Assembly: GCA_949296415.1 (NCBI GenBank)
Contig: CASFQC010000002.1
Location: forward strand, 23,817 to 87,816
Source of the DNA: an uncultured Bacteroides sp.
GTDB taxonomy: Bacteria > Bacteroidota > Bacteroidia > Bacteroidales > Bacteroidaceae
Direction of reading: 5' to 3'
Length of the DNA stretch: 64,000 bases
The notes beneath the pieces were generated by a model. It worked only from the letters and a program-made list of their open reading frames with translations, was not told the origin of the DNA and searched no databases. Shown in pieces: positions 37,756 through 47,913 of the stretch (position 1 is the first letter of the stretch; each line of letters begins with the position of its first letter). A program made the translations under genes and the position numbers.

Positions 37756-38874
37756 ATGAACAGACTCCTCTCCTTATTCGTGGCCTTGATGCTGCTGGCG
37801 GCCGTGCCGGTTTCAGGCAAGGACTACCTGAAGAAATTCCCCAAGAAGGCCGACCCGCGCGAGGTGGGTCTGCGCCTGGCGGAACATTATGCGGAAGGCC
37901 CGCACTCTTTCTACGGCGACACGAGGCGCAAGCCCCATCAGATAACCTATCCCGACGTATGTGCCTGGCTGGGTTCGCTCTGGCTCGCGCAGACGGTGGC
38001 CGACGACAGCCTGTATGCCCGCCTGGAACGGCGCTTCCGTCCCCTGCTCGGCCCGGACAAACGGCTGCTTCCCCCTCCGAACCATGTGGACAACAACGTG
38101 TTCGGCGCCGTGCCGCTGGAACTTTACAAGAAGACGCGGAACGAAGACTACCGCAAGCTGGGTATGATGTATGCCGACACCCAATGGCAGCTGCCCGAAA
38201 AGGCCAAGGCCGGCGAGCGCAAGTGGGCCGACCAGGGTTATTCCTGGCAGACCCGCATATGGATAGACGACATGTTCATGATATCCACCGTGCAGATGCA
38301 GGCCTATGAGGTGACGGGCGACCGTACCTATCTGGACCGTGCCGCACGCGAGATGGCGATGTATCTGGACCGCATACAGCGTCCGTCGGGACTCTTCTGG
38401 CATTCGCCGGAAGCCCCCTTCTTCTGGGGACGGGGCAACGGATGGATGGCCGTGGGCATGGCCGAGATGCTGCGCCGCCTGCCGCAGGACCATCCGGACC
38501 GCGCCCGCATCATGGACGCTTATCTGCTGATGATGGACACCCTGCTGAAACATCAGGCGGAGGACGGCATGTGGAGACAGCTCATCGACGACCCGCGCTC
38601 GTGGAAGGAGACCTCGTGCACGGGCATGTTTGCCTACGCCATGATTTTGGGCGTGAAGAACGGCTGGCTTGATGCCGAGACCTACGGCAAGGCTGCCCGT
38701 AAGGCATGGATTCAGCTGGTGTCCTATCTGAACGCCGACGGCGAGCTGACTGACGTGTGCGAGGGAACCAACGCCAAGAACGACTATAAGCATTACCTCG
38801 GGCGCAAACGCATCGTGGGCGACCTGCACGGACAGGCACCGGTGATATGGTGTGCCAACGCGCTGCTGCAGTGA
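37756..38874 (+). CDS. GH105 unsaturated rhamnogalacturonyl/glucuronyl hydrolase
   Basis: HVD, WIDDMFM, GLFWH, WGRGNGW, GMWRQL, ETSCTGMF, GDLHG. Confidence 0.9.
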   Translation: MNRLLSLFVALMLLAAVPVSGKDYLKKFPKKADPREVGLRLAEHYAEGPHSFYGDTRRKPHQITYPDVCAWLGSLWLAQTVADDSLYARLERRFRPLLGPDKRLLPPPNHVDNNVFGAVPLELYKKTRNEDYRKLGMMYADTQWQLPEKAKAGERKWADQGYSWQTRIWIDDMFMISTVQMQAYEVTGDRTYLDRAAREMAMYLDRIQRPSGLFWHSPEAPFFWGRGNGWMAVGMAEMLRRLPQDHPDRARIMDAYLLMMDTLLKHQAEDGMWRQLIDDPRSWKETSCTGMFAYAMILGVKNGWLDAETYGKAARKAWIQLVSYLNADGELTDVCEGTNAKNDYKHYLGRKRIVGDLHGQAPVIWCANALLQ

Positions 38875-39034
38875 GCGGATAAGGCTTTTGCCGGTGCTTT
38901 TACGACAGACTTTGGAATCTATTTTTTTTCATTTTTTCTTTTTGGCCGGGAGAGAATCCTTTGCGGGACACATCGGCTTATGCCGTCCGTATGGTTCTCT
39001 CCCTTTTAAGAATTTTAAAGGAATACTTTATATT

Positions 39035-41983
39035 ATGTGTACACGCAAAAGAAACTTTATGTTGTGGGCTGTATCCGTTCTGCTGTCCCTGCCCCTTCAG
39101 GCTCAGGTCAGCATAAGTGAAAAGGCTTCCGGCGGACAGACCGGATTCACGCTGTCCGCTCCCGGGCAGATGCCCTACATCTGTTATGATTCCTCCGATG
39201 CCTTGGTGGTGCGGAAGGTGGCAGACCTTTTCTCGGCTGACGTGGACAGCGTGACCGGGCGTGCCTTGCCCGTGACCGACAGACTGCCGCGCCGTTGCCG
39301 CACCGTGGTCATCGTAGGCACCATCAGCCATAACGCCCATATACGTCAGCTGGCCGAAAAGGGCAAGATAGACATTGCCCCCTTGCAGGGACAGTGGGAG
39401 AAATACCTCATACAGACCGTGGACCGTCCGTTCCGTGGGGTGGACAAGGCACTGGTGGTGGCCGGAAGCGACCGTCGCGGTGCTGCCTACGGGCTGTTTG
39501 CCCTGTCGGAGATGATAGGCGTGTCGCCCTGGTATTGGTGGGCCGACGTGCCGGTGAAGAAGCATGGCGCGCTCTATGTCGATGCACCCGCCACCTACTC
39601 CAAAACTCCGTCGGTGAAGTACAGGGGCGTGTTCCTGAACGACGAGGACTGGGGGCTGAAGCCTTGGGCTGCCAAGACCTTCGAACCGGAACGCGGCAAC
39701 ATAGGCCCACGCACCTACGCCAAGCTGTGCGAGCTGCTGCTCCGCCTCAAGGCCAACCATCTGGCACCCGCCATGCATCCCGTGTCCACGGCTTTCTATG
39801 CCATTCCCGAAAATAAGCTGGTGGCCGACTCCTTTGCCATAACCATAGGCACCAGCCATTGCGAGCCTCTGCTGCTCAACACGGCCAGTGAGTGGAACCA
39901 GAAGGAGTATGGCCCTTGGGACTACGAGAAGAACAAGGACAAAATCATAGAGGTGCTTTCCGGCCGCGTCAAGGAGGCCGCACCTTACGAGAACGTCTAT
40001 ACCCTGGCTTTGCGCGGGCTGCACGATGCCGCCATGGGCGTGGGCATGCCCATGAAGGAGAAGGTCAGGCTGATGGGGGAGGCTCTGAAAGACCAGCGCG
40101 ACATACTGGAAAAGACGTTGGGGCGTCCGGCCGACAGCATCCCGCAGGCCTTCACACCTTATAAGGAAGTGCTGGACATCTACTCCAACGGGCTGGAGGT
40201 GCCCGAGGATGTCACCATCATATGGCCCGATGATAACTTCGGCTATATGAAGCGCCTCAGCAGTCCTTCCGAGCGCAAGCGTTCGGGACGTGCGGGCGTC
40301 TACTATCATGTGTCCTACCTGGGTGTTCCCCATAGCTACCTGTGGTTCAGTACCACGCCTCCCGCGCTGATGTACGAGGAGTTGCGCAAGGCCTATGACA
40401 CCACGGCCGACCGCGTCTGGCTGCTGAACTGCGGCGACCTGAAGGGAAGCGAGATGCAGGTGTCCTTCTTTCTGGACATGGCCTATGACATCGACCGCTT
40501 CAGTTACGAGAACGCGCACGACTATCCTGCACGCTGGCTGGCTTCGCTCTTCGGCGAGGAACATTACGAAGACTTTGCCGATGTGGCCCGCTCGCATTAC
40601 CGGCTGGCCTTTACCCGCAAGCCCGAATACATGGGCTGGGGATACTGGAACAACTATTGGGGCGGGGGAGAGAAACGCACCGACAGTGAGTTCTCCTATG
40701 CCAACTACAATGAGCTGTCCGACCGCCTGGCCGAATACGACCGCATACGCCGGAAGGCTATGGACCTGCTGGTGAAGATGGATGACAACAGCCGTCCCGC
40801 CTTCTTCCAGCTGATGTTCTACAAGGTGGCAGGCGCCAGCCTGATGAACTGTATGACCCTGGAAGGACAGATATACCGCCAGTATGTACGCCAGAAGCGT
40901 GCCGCTGCCCCGTCGGTGAAGCGTAGCGTGCAGCATTGCTATGACGAGTTGCAGCGCATCACAGCCGAATACAACAGCCTGCTGGGTGGCAAGTGGAACC
41001 ACATGATGTCCATGAAACAGAATTACGACGGCACCAGCTCTTACTTCATGATTCCGCTGATGGAAGACAGCTACGAGCCGCAGGGACCCGCACGTCTGGC
41101 CTTGCAGTGCGAGGGACAGGACAACATCACCGTGAGCGGATATCACCAGTTGCCCATGTTCAGCAAATACCGGCACCGCACATGCTGGATAGACATCTAC
41201 AACCAGGGTGCCGAACTGCTGAGGTGGGAAGCCAGGCCTTCGGATGACTGGATTCTGCTGACACTCTACGGCAACCGTACGAAGGAGGGCGACCGCATCC
41301 GCGTGTCCATTGACTGGGACCGTGTGCCCGTGGGCGAGTGCGTGCAGGGAAGCATACTGTTCCGTTCGGACAACGGCGATGAGAAGCGGGTGCTGGTGTC
41401 GGTGTTCAATCCGGCCTCACCTTCCGTGGACGAGCTGGACAGCCTCTATGTGGAGGATAACGGCTGCATAGCCATTCCCGCCGCCGGATTCCACCGCAAG
41501 TTCGAGAACAAGGACATCAGGATGCGCCTCATTGAAGGTCTGGGCATGGACGGCACCGTGGTGCAGCTGGGCGATCCGCTGGCACCGCTTCAGGCTTACC
41601 GTGCCGGTGACGTGCCCCGTCTGGAATATGATTTCTACACATTCAGCGCCGGCCTGGTGGATGTGTACACTTACGTGCTGCCCACCTTCCCGCTGCATGC
41701 CGACCGCGACTTCAAGCTGCCCGAACATACCAACAGCGACACCAAGTACAGCGTGCGCATAGACGATGGCTCCATATCCACTCCGCCCACATCGGCTGTG
41801 GAATACTCGCAGGCATGGTATGACAGTGTGCTGAAGAACTGCCGTGTCAACAAGTCCACCCTCTATGTGAAACGTCCCGGCAAACATACCTTGCAAATCC
41901 GGTGCGGCGACCCCGGCACGCTGGTGCAGAAGATTGTGATAGACTTGGGAGGGATGAAAAGGTCGTATATGGGACCGAAATGA
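39035..41983 (+). CDS. GH115 alpha-glucuronidase
   Basis: AGSDRRGAAYG, GVSPWYWWAD, KYRGVFLNDEDW, ELLLRLKAN, PAMH, SHCEP, RGLHD, YKEV, DDNFGY; start ATG 39035. Confidence 0.93.
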   Translation: MCTRKRNFMLWAVSVLLSLPLQAQVSISEKASGGQTGFTLSAPGQMPYICYDSSDALVVRKVADLFSADVDSVTGRALPVTDRLPRRCRTVVIVGTISHNAHIRQLAEKGKIDIAPLQGQWEKYLIQTVDRPFRGVDKALVVAGSDRRGAAYGLFALSEMIGVSPWYWWADVPVKKHGALYVDAPATYSKTPSVKYRGVFLNDEDWGLKPWAAKTFEPERGNIGPRTYAKLCELLLRLKANHLAPAMHPVSTAFYAIPENKLVADSFAITIGTSHCEPLLLNTASEWNQKEYGPWDYEKNKDKIIEVLSGRVKEAAPYENVYTLALRGLHDAAMGVGMPMKEKVRLMGEALKDQRDILEKTLGRPADSIPQAFTPYKEVLDIYSNGLEVPEDVTIIWPDDNFGYMKRLSSPSERKRSGRAGVYYHVSYLGVPHSYLWFSTTPPALMYEELRKAYDTTADRVWLLNCGDLKGSEMQVSFFLDMAYDIDRFSYENAHDYPARWLASLFGEEHYEDFADVARSHYRLAFTRKPEYMGWGYWNNYWGGGEKRTDSEFSYANYNELSDRLAEYDRIRRKAMDLLVKMDDNSRPAFFQLMFYKVAGASLMNCMTLEGQIYRQYVRQKRAAAPSVKRSVQHCYDELQRITAEYNSLLGGKWNHMMSMKQNYDGTSSYFMIPLMEDSYEPQGPARLALQCEGQDNITVSGYHQLPMFSKYRHRTCWIDIYNQGAELLRWEARPSDDWILLTLYGNRTKEGDRIRVSIDWDRVPVGECVQGSILFRSDNGDEKRVLVSVFNPASPSVDELDSLYVEDNGCIAIPAAGFHRKFENKDIRMRLIEGLGMDGTVVQLGDPLAPLQAYRAGDVPRLEYDFYTFSAGLVDVYTYVLPTFPLHADRDFKLPEHTNSDTKYSVRIDDGSISTPPTSAVEYSQAWYDSVLKNCRVNKSTLYVKRPGKHTLQIRCGDPGTLVQKIVIDLGGMKRSYMGPK

Positions 41984-42062
41984 TTATTTATTTTGGTATC
42001 TATTCTTTTGCCTTAGGGAAAAAGAATAGTACAATGACAATAAAGACTAATTTAAAGAAACG

Positions 42063-42962
42063 ATGACCGTTATGTTCACATCAGTCTGCCAGTCCCTTCC
42101 GCATGTGTCCCTTCCCTTCAGGGAGAAGGCCGGATGGGGGATTCTTCTTTTTCTCTTCTTTGTCCTTTCCGCATCAGCCCAGGACTACAAACTGGAGCAG
42201 GGCATAAGCTACCGTCCGGATGCGACGGACACGTACACCCGGCAGCAATGTCGGCTTGACATATATTATCCTGCCGGAAAGACCGGACTCACTACCGTGG
42301 TGTGGTTCCATGGCGGGGGACTTACCGGCGGAGCGCGAGAGATTCCCGCCGAACTGAAGGGACGGGGGCTGTGTGTGGTGGGTGTAGGCTACCGCCTTTG
42401 TTCCGGTAACGACGACCCCAAGGCACCCAACGCATCCGTGACTACCGACGACTGTGTGGACGATGCCGCAGCTGCAGCCGCCTGGGTGATGGAGCATATC
42501 GCAGATTATGGAGGCGATACCACCAAAGTCTATCTGTCGGGGCACTCGGCTGGCGGATATCTGGTGAGCATGATTGGTCTGGACAAACGCCGATTGCAGA
42601 AGTACGGAGCCGATGCCGACCGTTTTGCCGCCATCGTGCCCTTCAGCGGACAGATGATTACCCACTTCCAGAACCGCAGGGACCGGGGCATATCCGACTA
42701 CCAGCCTCTCATTGATGAGGCCGCACCCCTGTACTACGTACGCAAGGACTGTCCGCCCATGCTGCTCATCACCGGTGACCGCGAGCGCGAGATGCTGGGC
42801 CGGTATGAGGAGAACGCCTACTTCTGGCGTATGATGAAGCTGGTGGGACATCCGTCCGTGCGTCTGCTGGAGCTTGAGGGCTTTGACCACGGCAGCATGG
42901 CACATCCGGCCCATTCCATCCTGCTGGAGTACATAGCCCATCCTGAAAGGTTCGCGTATTAG
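42063..42962 (+). CDS. Alpha/beta-hydrolase (HSL-like carbohydrate esterase)
   Basis: WFHGGGL oxyanion motif, GHSAGG nucleophile elbow, C-terminal GFDH. Confidence 0.85.
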   Translation: MTVMFTSVCQSLPHVSLPFREKAGWGILLFLFFVLSASAQDYKLEQGISYRPDATDTYTRQQCRLDIYYPAGKTGLTTVVWFHGGGLTGGAREIPAELKGRGLCVVGVGYRLCSGNDDPKAPNASVTTDDCVDDAAAAAAWVMEHIADYGGDTTKVYLSGHSAGGYLVSMIGLDKRRLQKYGADADRFAAIVPFSGQMITHFQNRRDRGISDYQPLIDEAAPLYYVRKDCPPMLLITGDREREMLGRYEENAYFWRMMKLVGHPSVRLLELEGFDHGSMAHPAHSILLEYIAHPERFAY

Positions 42963-42979
42963 GACGGACGAATATTGTC

Positions 42980-43053
42980 TTAGAGCCTGTTTAGATTTTG
43001 CTCAAAAGAAACTGAGTAAAAATCTTAAAGAGGAAAATTTGAACAGGCTTTTA
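42980..43053. mobile_element. 68-bp MITE with IS5-family-like TIRs and TTA target duplication
   Basis: TTA-GAGCCTGTTTAGATTT...AAATTTGAACAGGCTT-TTA; element spans 42983-43050. Confidence 0.7.
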
Positions 43054-43067
43054 ACAGGCATACGCTT

Positions 43068-44498
43068 ATGAACAGTTGCAGATTCTTGTTGTTTTTCCTG
43101 CTCAGTATGGGCACTGTGGCGGGCACCGCTTCCGGATTCAGGTATTCCAAGAGCGGGAGTGACTTTATGCGAAGCTGTTTGCAAGTGTCGGATAACGGAC
43201 GTTACTTGCAATACGATGACGGGACTCCTTTCTTCTATTTGGGCGATACGGCCTGGGAACTTTTCCACCGCCTCACCCGAGAGGAGGCCGACCGCTATCT
43301 GGAAGACCGTGCGGCCAAAGGATTCACCGTCATTCAGGCTGTGGCTCTGGCTGAAATCGATGGCCTTACCGTGCCCAATGCCTATGGCAGTCTGCCTTTA
43401 GAGGGGAAAGACCCCTCTCGTCCTTTGACGGACACTACAGGCTATGATTATTGGGATCATGTGGATTATGTGGTAGACAAGGCCAACAGGCTGGGCCTTT
43501 ACGTCGGTCTGCTTCCCACTTGGGGCAGCCATTGGCACGACCGTAATCCCGTATTTACCCCGGAGAACGCCGAGGCTTACGGACGATTTCTCGGACAGCG
43601 GTACCGTGAAGCCAAGGTGATATGGATTCTGGGAGGCGACAGGGTGCCCGAAAACGATAGGCATCGGGCCATCATACGCGCCATGGCACACGGCCTGGAC
43701 ATGGGGGACGGGGGAAGTCACTTGTGTACATATCATCCTGGCGGAGGACGCGGTTCGGCCACATATTTCCACAAAGATGGTTGGCTGGACTTCAACATGC
43801 GTCAGAACGGCCACGTGACGGAGTACTCCCGTTATGGAAAGACACTTGACGATTACCATATGGAGCCTGTGAAACCGGTGCTTGACGGCGAGCCTCTGTA
43901 TGAGGACCATCCTGTGTCGTTCGATGCCCGTCATCGCGGCCATTCCGTCAGTGCCGATGTGCGCCGTGCCCTCTATTGGGATCTCTTTAACGGCGCTTGC
44001 GGGCACACCTACGGACATCACTCCGTCTGGCAGATGAGCGTCAGGGAAGGTGCTGGGCGCAACAGTCCTCTGATGGCGTGGACGGAGGCTTTGCAGCGTC
44101 CCGGCTCCTCACAGATGATGCATGCGCGCCGTCTGCTGGAGTCGCGCCCTTACTTTACCCGCATACCGGCTACTGACAGGGTGCTGGTGAAAGGCCGTGT
44201 GCCTACGGCCATGCCGGGGGAAGGAGTGTATCATTTTGCGGCCACATGCGATACCGAGGGCACATATGCCATGGTTTACGCACCTGTGGGAAGAGCGTTT
44301 ACCGTGCGTATGAGTGTCATTAAAAACGGTAAGGTGAAAGCTTGGTGGTTTAATCCGCGTACCGGAAAAGCGCATAAGGCCGGAACTTACAGCAATAGGG
44401 GTGAACGTACTTTTGTCTGTCCCGACGATGGAGAGCTGACAGACTGGGTGCTGGTACTTGACGACGCTTCCGCAGGCTATCCGACTCCGGGAAAATGA
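43068..44498 (+). CDS. GH140 (DUF4038) apiosidase-like glycoside hydrolase
   Basis: [62 protein letters not shown]. Confidence 0.9.
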   Translation: MNSCRFLLFFLLSMGTVAGTASGFRYSKSGSDFMRSCLQVSDNGRYLQYDDGTPFFYLGDTAWELFHRLTREEADRYLEDRAAKGFTVIQAVALAEIDGLTVPNAYGSLPLEGKDPSRPLTDTTGYDYWDHVDYVVDKANRLGLYVGLLPTWGSHWHDRNPVFTPENAEAYGRFLGQRYREAKVIWILGGDRVPENDRHRAIIRAMAHGLDMGDGGSHLCTYHPGGGRGSATYFHKDGWLDFNMRQNGHVTEYSRYGKTLDDYHMEPVKPVLDGEPLYEDHPVSFDARHRGHSVSADVRRALYWDLFNGACGHTYGHHSVWQMSVREGAGRNSPLMAWTEALQRPGSSQMMHARRLLESRPYFTRIPATDRVLVKGRVPTAMPGEGVYHFAATCDTEGTYAMVYAPVGRAFTVRMSVIKNGKVKAWWFNPRTGKAHKAGTYSNRGERTFVCPDDGELTDWVLVLDDASAGYPTPGK

Positions 44499-44718
44499 CA
44501 GATACAGTCCGCACCGCGTGGCGGACGAATCCGTATCCGGATGGGGATTTCAGTCCCTCGGACGCTTATCGGGAGAAGTGCGAAGGGAAAAACAACCGCT
44601 TCCTGCGAAAGAGCCGTACATTTCGCGTTAAAAACTCTTCATATAAGGCTTGAAGTCTGTTTTTTTCCTACATTTGCGGCCAAACCTGTGGCGAAGCCAT
44701 CTATTTAAACCATATCCT

Positions 44719-47076
44719 ATGCTTAAAAACCTTGTTATTGTCGAGTCTCCGGCAAAAGCGAAAACGATAGAGAAATTTCTGGGAAAAGACTATAAGGTAC
44801 TTTCCAGCTACGGACATATACGCGACCTGAAAAAGAAAGAGTTCAGCATTGACATCAGCAAGAACTTCAAACCCGATTATGAGATACCTGCCGACAAGCG
44901 GAAGCTCGTGGGCGAGCTGAAGGACGAGGCCGCGAAAGCCGAGACCGTGTGGCTGGCATCCGATGAGGACCGCGAAGGAGAGGCCATTGCCTGGCATCTG
45001 TACGAAGTGCTCCATCTGAATCCGGAACACACCAGGCGCATCGTGTTCCACGAGATAACCAAGAACGCCATACTGAACGCCATAGAGCATCCGCGCGACA
45101 TTGACCTCAATCTGGTGAACGCGCAACAGGCACGCCGTGTGTTGGACCGCATTGTGGGCTTTGAGCTTTCGCCCGTGCTGTGGAAGAAGGTGAAGCCCGC
45201 GCTCTCGGCCGGAAGGGTGCAGTCGGTGGCCGTGCGCCTCATCGTGGAACGCGAACGCGAGATTGGTGCCTTCCATATGGAGGCCGCCTACAGAGTCACC
45301 GCCACGTTCATGGTGCCCGACACCGACGGCAAGATGACCGAACTGAGGGCCGAACTTCCCTCTCGCATCAAGACCAAGGGCGAGGCGCAGAAACTGCTTG
45401 AGGCATGCCGCAACGCCACCTTCCGTATAGGTGACATCGTGACACGCCCGATGAAGAAAGCCCCTGCGGCACCGTTTACCACCTCCACCCTGCAGCAGGA
45501 GGCCGCGCGCAAGTTGGGATTTACCGTGGCGCAGACCATGATGGTGGCCCAGCGGCTATATGAGTCAGGATACATTACCTATATGCGTACTGATTCGGTG
45601 AATCTGTCCGAATATGCCATAAAAGGCAGTAGGGACACTATAGAAAAGCTCATGGGGGAACGGTACATCCATTCCCGCCATTTCGCTACCAAGACTAAAG
45701 GCGCACAGGAAGCCCACGAGGCCATACGCCCCACCTATATGGACAGGCCGCAGATAGAAGGTACCCCACAGGAGAGAAAGCTTTACGAATTGGTGTGGAA
45801 ACGCACTATAGCCTCGCAGATGGCAGATGCCGAACTGGAGAAAACCACCGTCAGCATAGGCATAAGCACGGTAGCCGGCGTGGAGTTCGTGGCCACAGGT
45901 GAAGTAGTGAAATTCGATGGCTTCCTGCGTGTGTACCGTGAATCCTACGACGAGGAGGCCGAACTGGGCGAAGGAGGGGAAACGAGCCTGCTGCCCCCAC
46001 TGAAGGAAGGACAGGTGCTGGAACGCAGTGAGGTGACGGCAACCGAAAGGTTTTCCCTGCATCCGCCACGCTATACCGAGGCCAGTCTGGTGAGGAAGCT
46101 GGAGGAACTGGGCATCGGACGTCCGTCGACCTATGCTCCCACCATATCCACCATACAGCAGCGCGAGTATGTGGAGAAGCAGGACAGACCCGGAGAAGAA
46201 CGCGCCTACAATGTGCTTGTGCTGAAGGATGACCGGGTGAGCGACGAGACCCGTACGGAAATGACCGGAGTGGAGAAGGGTAAACTGGTACCTACGGATA
46301 CGGGCATGGTGGTGAACGACTTCCTCATGGAATACTTTCCCCAGATAATGGACTACAACTTCACAGCCAATGTGGAGAAACAGTTCGATGAAGTGGCTGA
46401 AGGAGAGAAGGGGTGGACTTCTGTGCTGGATACCTTCTACAAGGATTTCCATCTGTCTGTGGAAAACACGTTGGCCACCAAGAACGCGCATAAGGCCGGA
46501 GAGCGTGTGTTGGGTACCGATCCTGCCAGTGGAAAGCAAGTGTCGGTAAAGATAGGACGTTTCGGCCCGGTGGTGCAGATTGGCACGGCCGGTGACAACG
46601 AACGGCCCCGGTTTGCACAGCTCCGGAAAGACCTCTCGCTGGAGACCGTGACACTGGAGGAGGCACTGGACTTGTTCAAACTGCCGCGCACGCTGGGCGA
46701 TTACGAAGGACGGGCGGTGACAGTGGGTTCCGGACGTTTCGGCCCTTACGTGCACTATGCTGACATGTACGTGTCCCTGCCTAAGGAATACGACCCCATG
46801 ACGGTGAGTATGGACGAGGCCGTGATGCTGATCCAGTCCAAACAGAACGCCGAGGCCAAACGCCATCTGAAGAAGTTTGAAGAAAATCCCGACTTGGAGA
46901 TTATGAACGGACGTTACGGCCCCTACATCACCTATAAGGGGAATAATTATAAAATTCCCAAGGACATAGAACCGCAGGATTTGAGCCTTGAATCGTGTCT
47001 GCAGCTGGTGAAGCTACAGGAAGAGAAAGAGGCCATCCGGCCCAAGCGGGGACGCTATGCCCGGAAGAAACAGTAA
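44719..47076 (+). CDS. topA: DNA topoisomerase I
   Basis: LVIVESPAKAK, GHIRDL, DEDREGEAI, SAGRVQS, ITYMRTDS, AHEAIRPT, GIGRPSTY, GRFGP C-terminal repeats; start ATG 44719; TACATTTG at about 44669. Confidence 0.97.
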   Translation: MLKNLVIVESPAKAKTIEKFLGKDYKVLSSYGHIRDLKKKEFSIDISKNFKPDYEIPADKRKLVGELKDEAAKAETVWLASDEDREGEAIAWHLYEVLHLNPEHTRRIVFHEITKNAILNAIEHPRDIDLNLVNAQQARRVLDRIVGFELSPVLWKKVKPALSAGRVQSVAVRLIVEREREIGAFHMEAAYRVTATFMVPDTDGKMTELRAELPSRIKTKGEAQKLLEACRNATFRIGDIVTRPMKKAPAAPFTTSTLQQEAARKLGFTVAQTMMVAQRLYESGYITYMRTDSVNLSEYAIKGSRDTIEKLMGERYIHSRHFATKTKGAQEAHEAIRPTYMDRPQIEGTPQERKLYELVWKRTIASQMADAELEKTTVSIGISTVAGVEFVATGEVVKFDGFLRVYRESYDEEAELGEGGETSLLPPLKEGQVLERSEVTATERFSLHPPRYTEASLVRKLEELGIGRPSTYAPTISTIQQREYVEKQDRPGEERAYNVLVLKDDRVSDETRTEMTGVEKGKLVPTDTGMVVNDFLMEYFPQIMDYNFTANVEKQFDEVAEGEKGWTSVLDTFYKDFHLSVENTLATKNAHKAGERVLGTDPASGKQVSVKIGRFGPVVQIGTAGDNERPRFAQLRKDLSLETVTLEEALDLFKLPRTLGDYEGRAVTVGSGRFGPYVHYADMYVSLPKEYDPMTVSMDEAVMLIQSKQNAEAKRHLKKFEENPDLEIMNGRYGPYITYKGNNYKIPKDIEPQDLSLESCLQLVKLQEEKEAIRPKRGRYARKKQ

Positions 47077-47187
47077 CCGCTTCCTGTAAACCGGTATTTA
47101 TGCAGCCGGGACCTCACCTGCCGGACAAGCCTTCAGGGCAACGGATGGGGTTCCGGCTGTCCTTTGTTTGCAGACCGTAGTGAGGTC

Positions 47188-47450
47188 TCACTCTCTGTAC
47201 ATTTGCCGGTTTCCGTCTATCTCCCTTACTTTCGCATAGCATTTTCCGCTATATCTTTCTTCCCGAGCCCGCTGTATCCTAAAGCCATGACATAGCTTGC
47301 CTTCTCCGCCTTCTCTGGGATGGAACTGTTGCGAGGAGAGGGGACGTTGCGCCGTCGCATATTGGCCTGTGAGGTTGTAGAAGGTGATGCGTTCTATACA
47401 AAGGTCGTCGCGTTGCTTCACCAGACCAGCATGTTGTCCCATCCAACGAG
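47188..47450 (-). pseudogene. Fragments of a DUF5107/TPR-like gene (internal piece plus frameshifted C-terminus)
   Basis: RDDLCIERITFYNLTGQY...FHPREGGEGK, then in another frame YVMALGYSGLGKKDIAE and after a frameshift CYAKVREIDGNRQMYRE*; family recognised from memory of the FHPWEGGEG motif. Confidence 0.6.
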
Positions 47451-47454
47451 TCTG

Positions 47455-47737
47455 CCGCGCCTACAAATATCACGGCCGCTGCCACCATGAGTGGCTTCCG
47501 GCCATAGCGGTCGGCCAGGCTTCCGGCTGCCGTCACTCCGGCCAGACAACCCAGTATGGCGCAGCCCATTACCCAGCCTTGCACGGCGGGCATGTCTTCT
47601 ATGCCGAAATAGGCTTCGTAGAAGGGTTTGGCACCGCCCGCCACCACCCAGTCGTATCCGAACAGCAGCCCTCCCATGGCCGATACCAGGGAGATGAGCA
47701 GCACATACACCTTGTGTCTTCTGATTGTGGTATCCAT
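47455..47737 (-). pseudogene. Truncated sugar-porter (XylE/GalP-like MFS) gene, first ~3 TM helices only
   Basis: MGGLLFGYDWVVAGGAKPFYE...GC..G...ADRYGRK; homology stops after IFVG. Confidence 0.85.
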
Positions 47738-47913
47738 GACTTTCCTGTTTTTTCCCACACAAAGTTAGGGCAATGCCGCAGTACGAAAAATGCAAGGATT
47801 GTTCGAAAACATGTATAATGTTATTATATTTGTCCATTGAAATCTTTTCATACTGGCAATAACCCGGTATACATGTAAAATCATATGTAACCAATGTAAA
47901 AACAGACTATAGG

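Noticed and set aside
38852-39034. Upstream ORF-track extensions (GH115 from 38852, rpoN from 1194, purE from 4039, DUF418 from 6405, topA from 44650, Spm from 61708)
   Set aside because: The extensions run through promoters, intergenic DNA or neighbouring genes. Downstream ATGs give the expected family N-termini or signal peptides.
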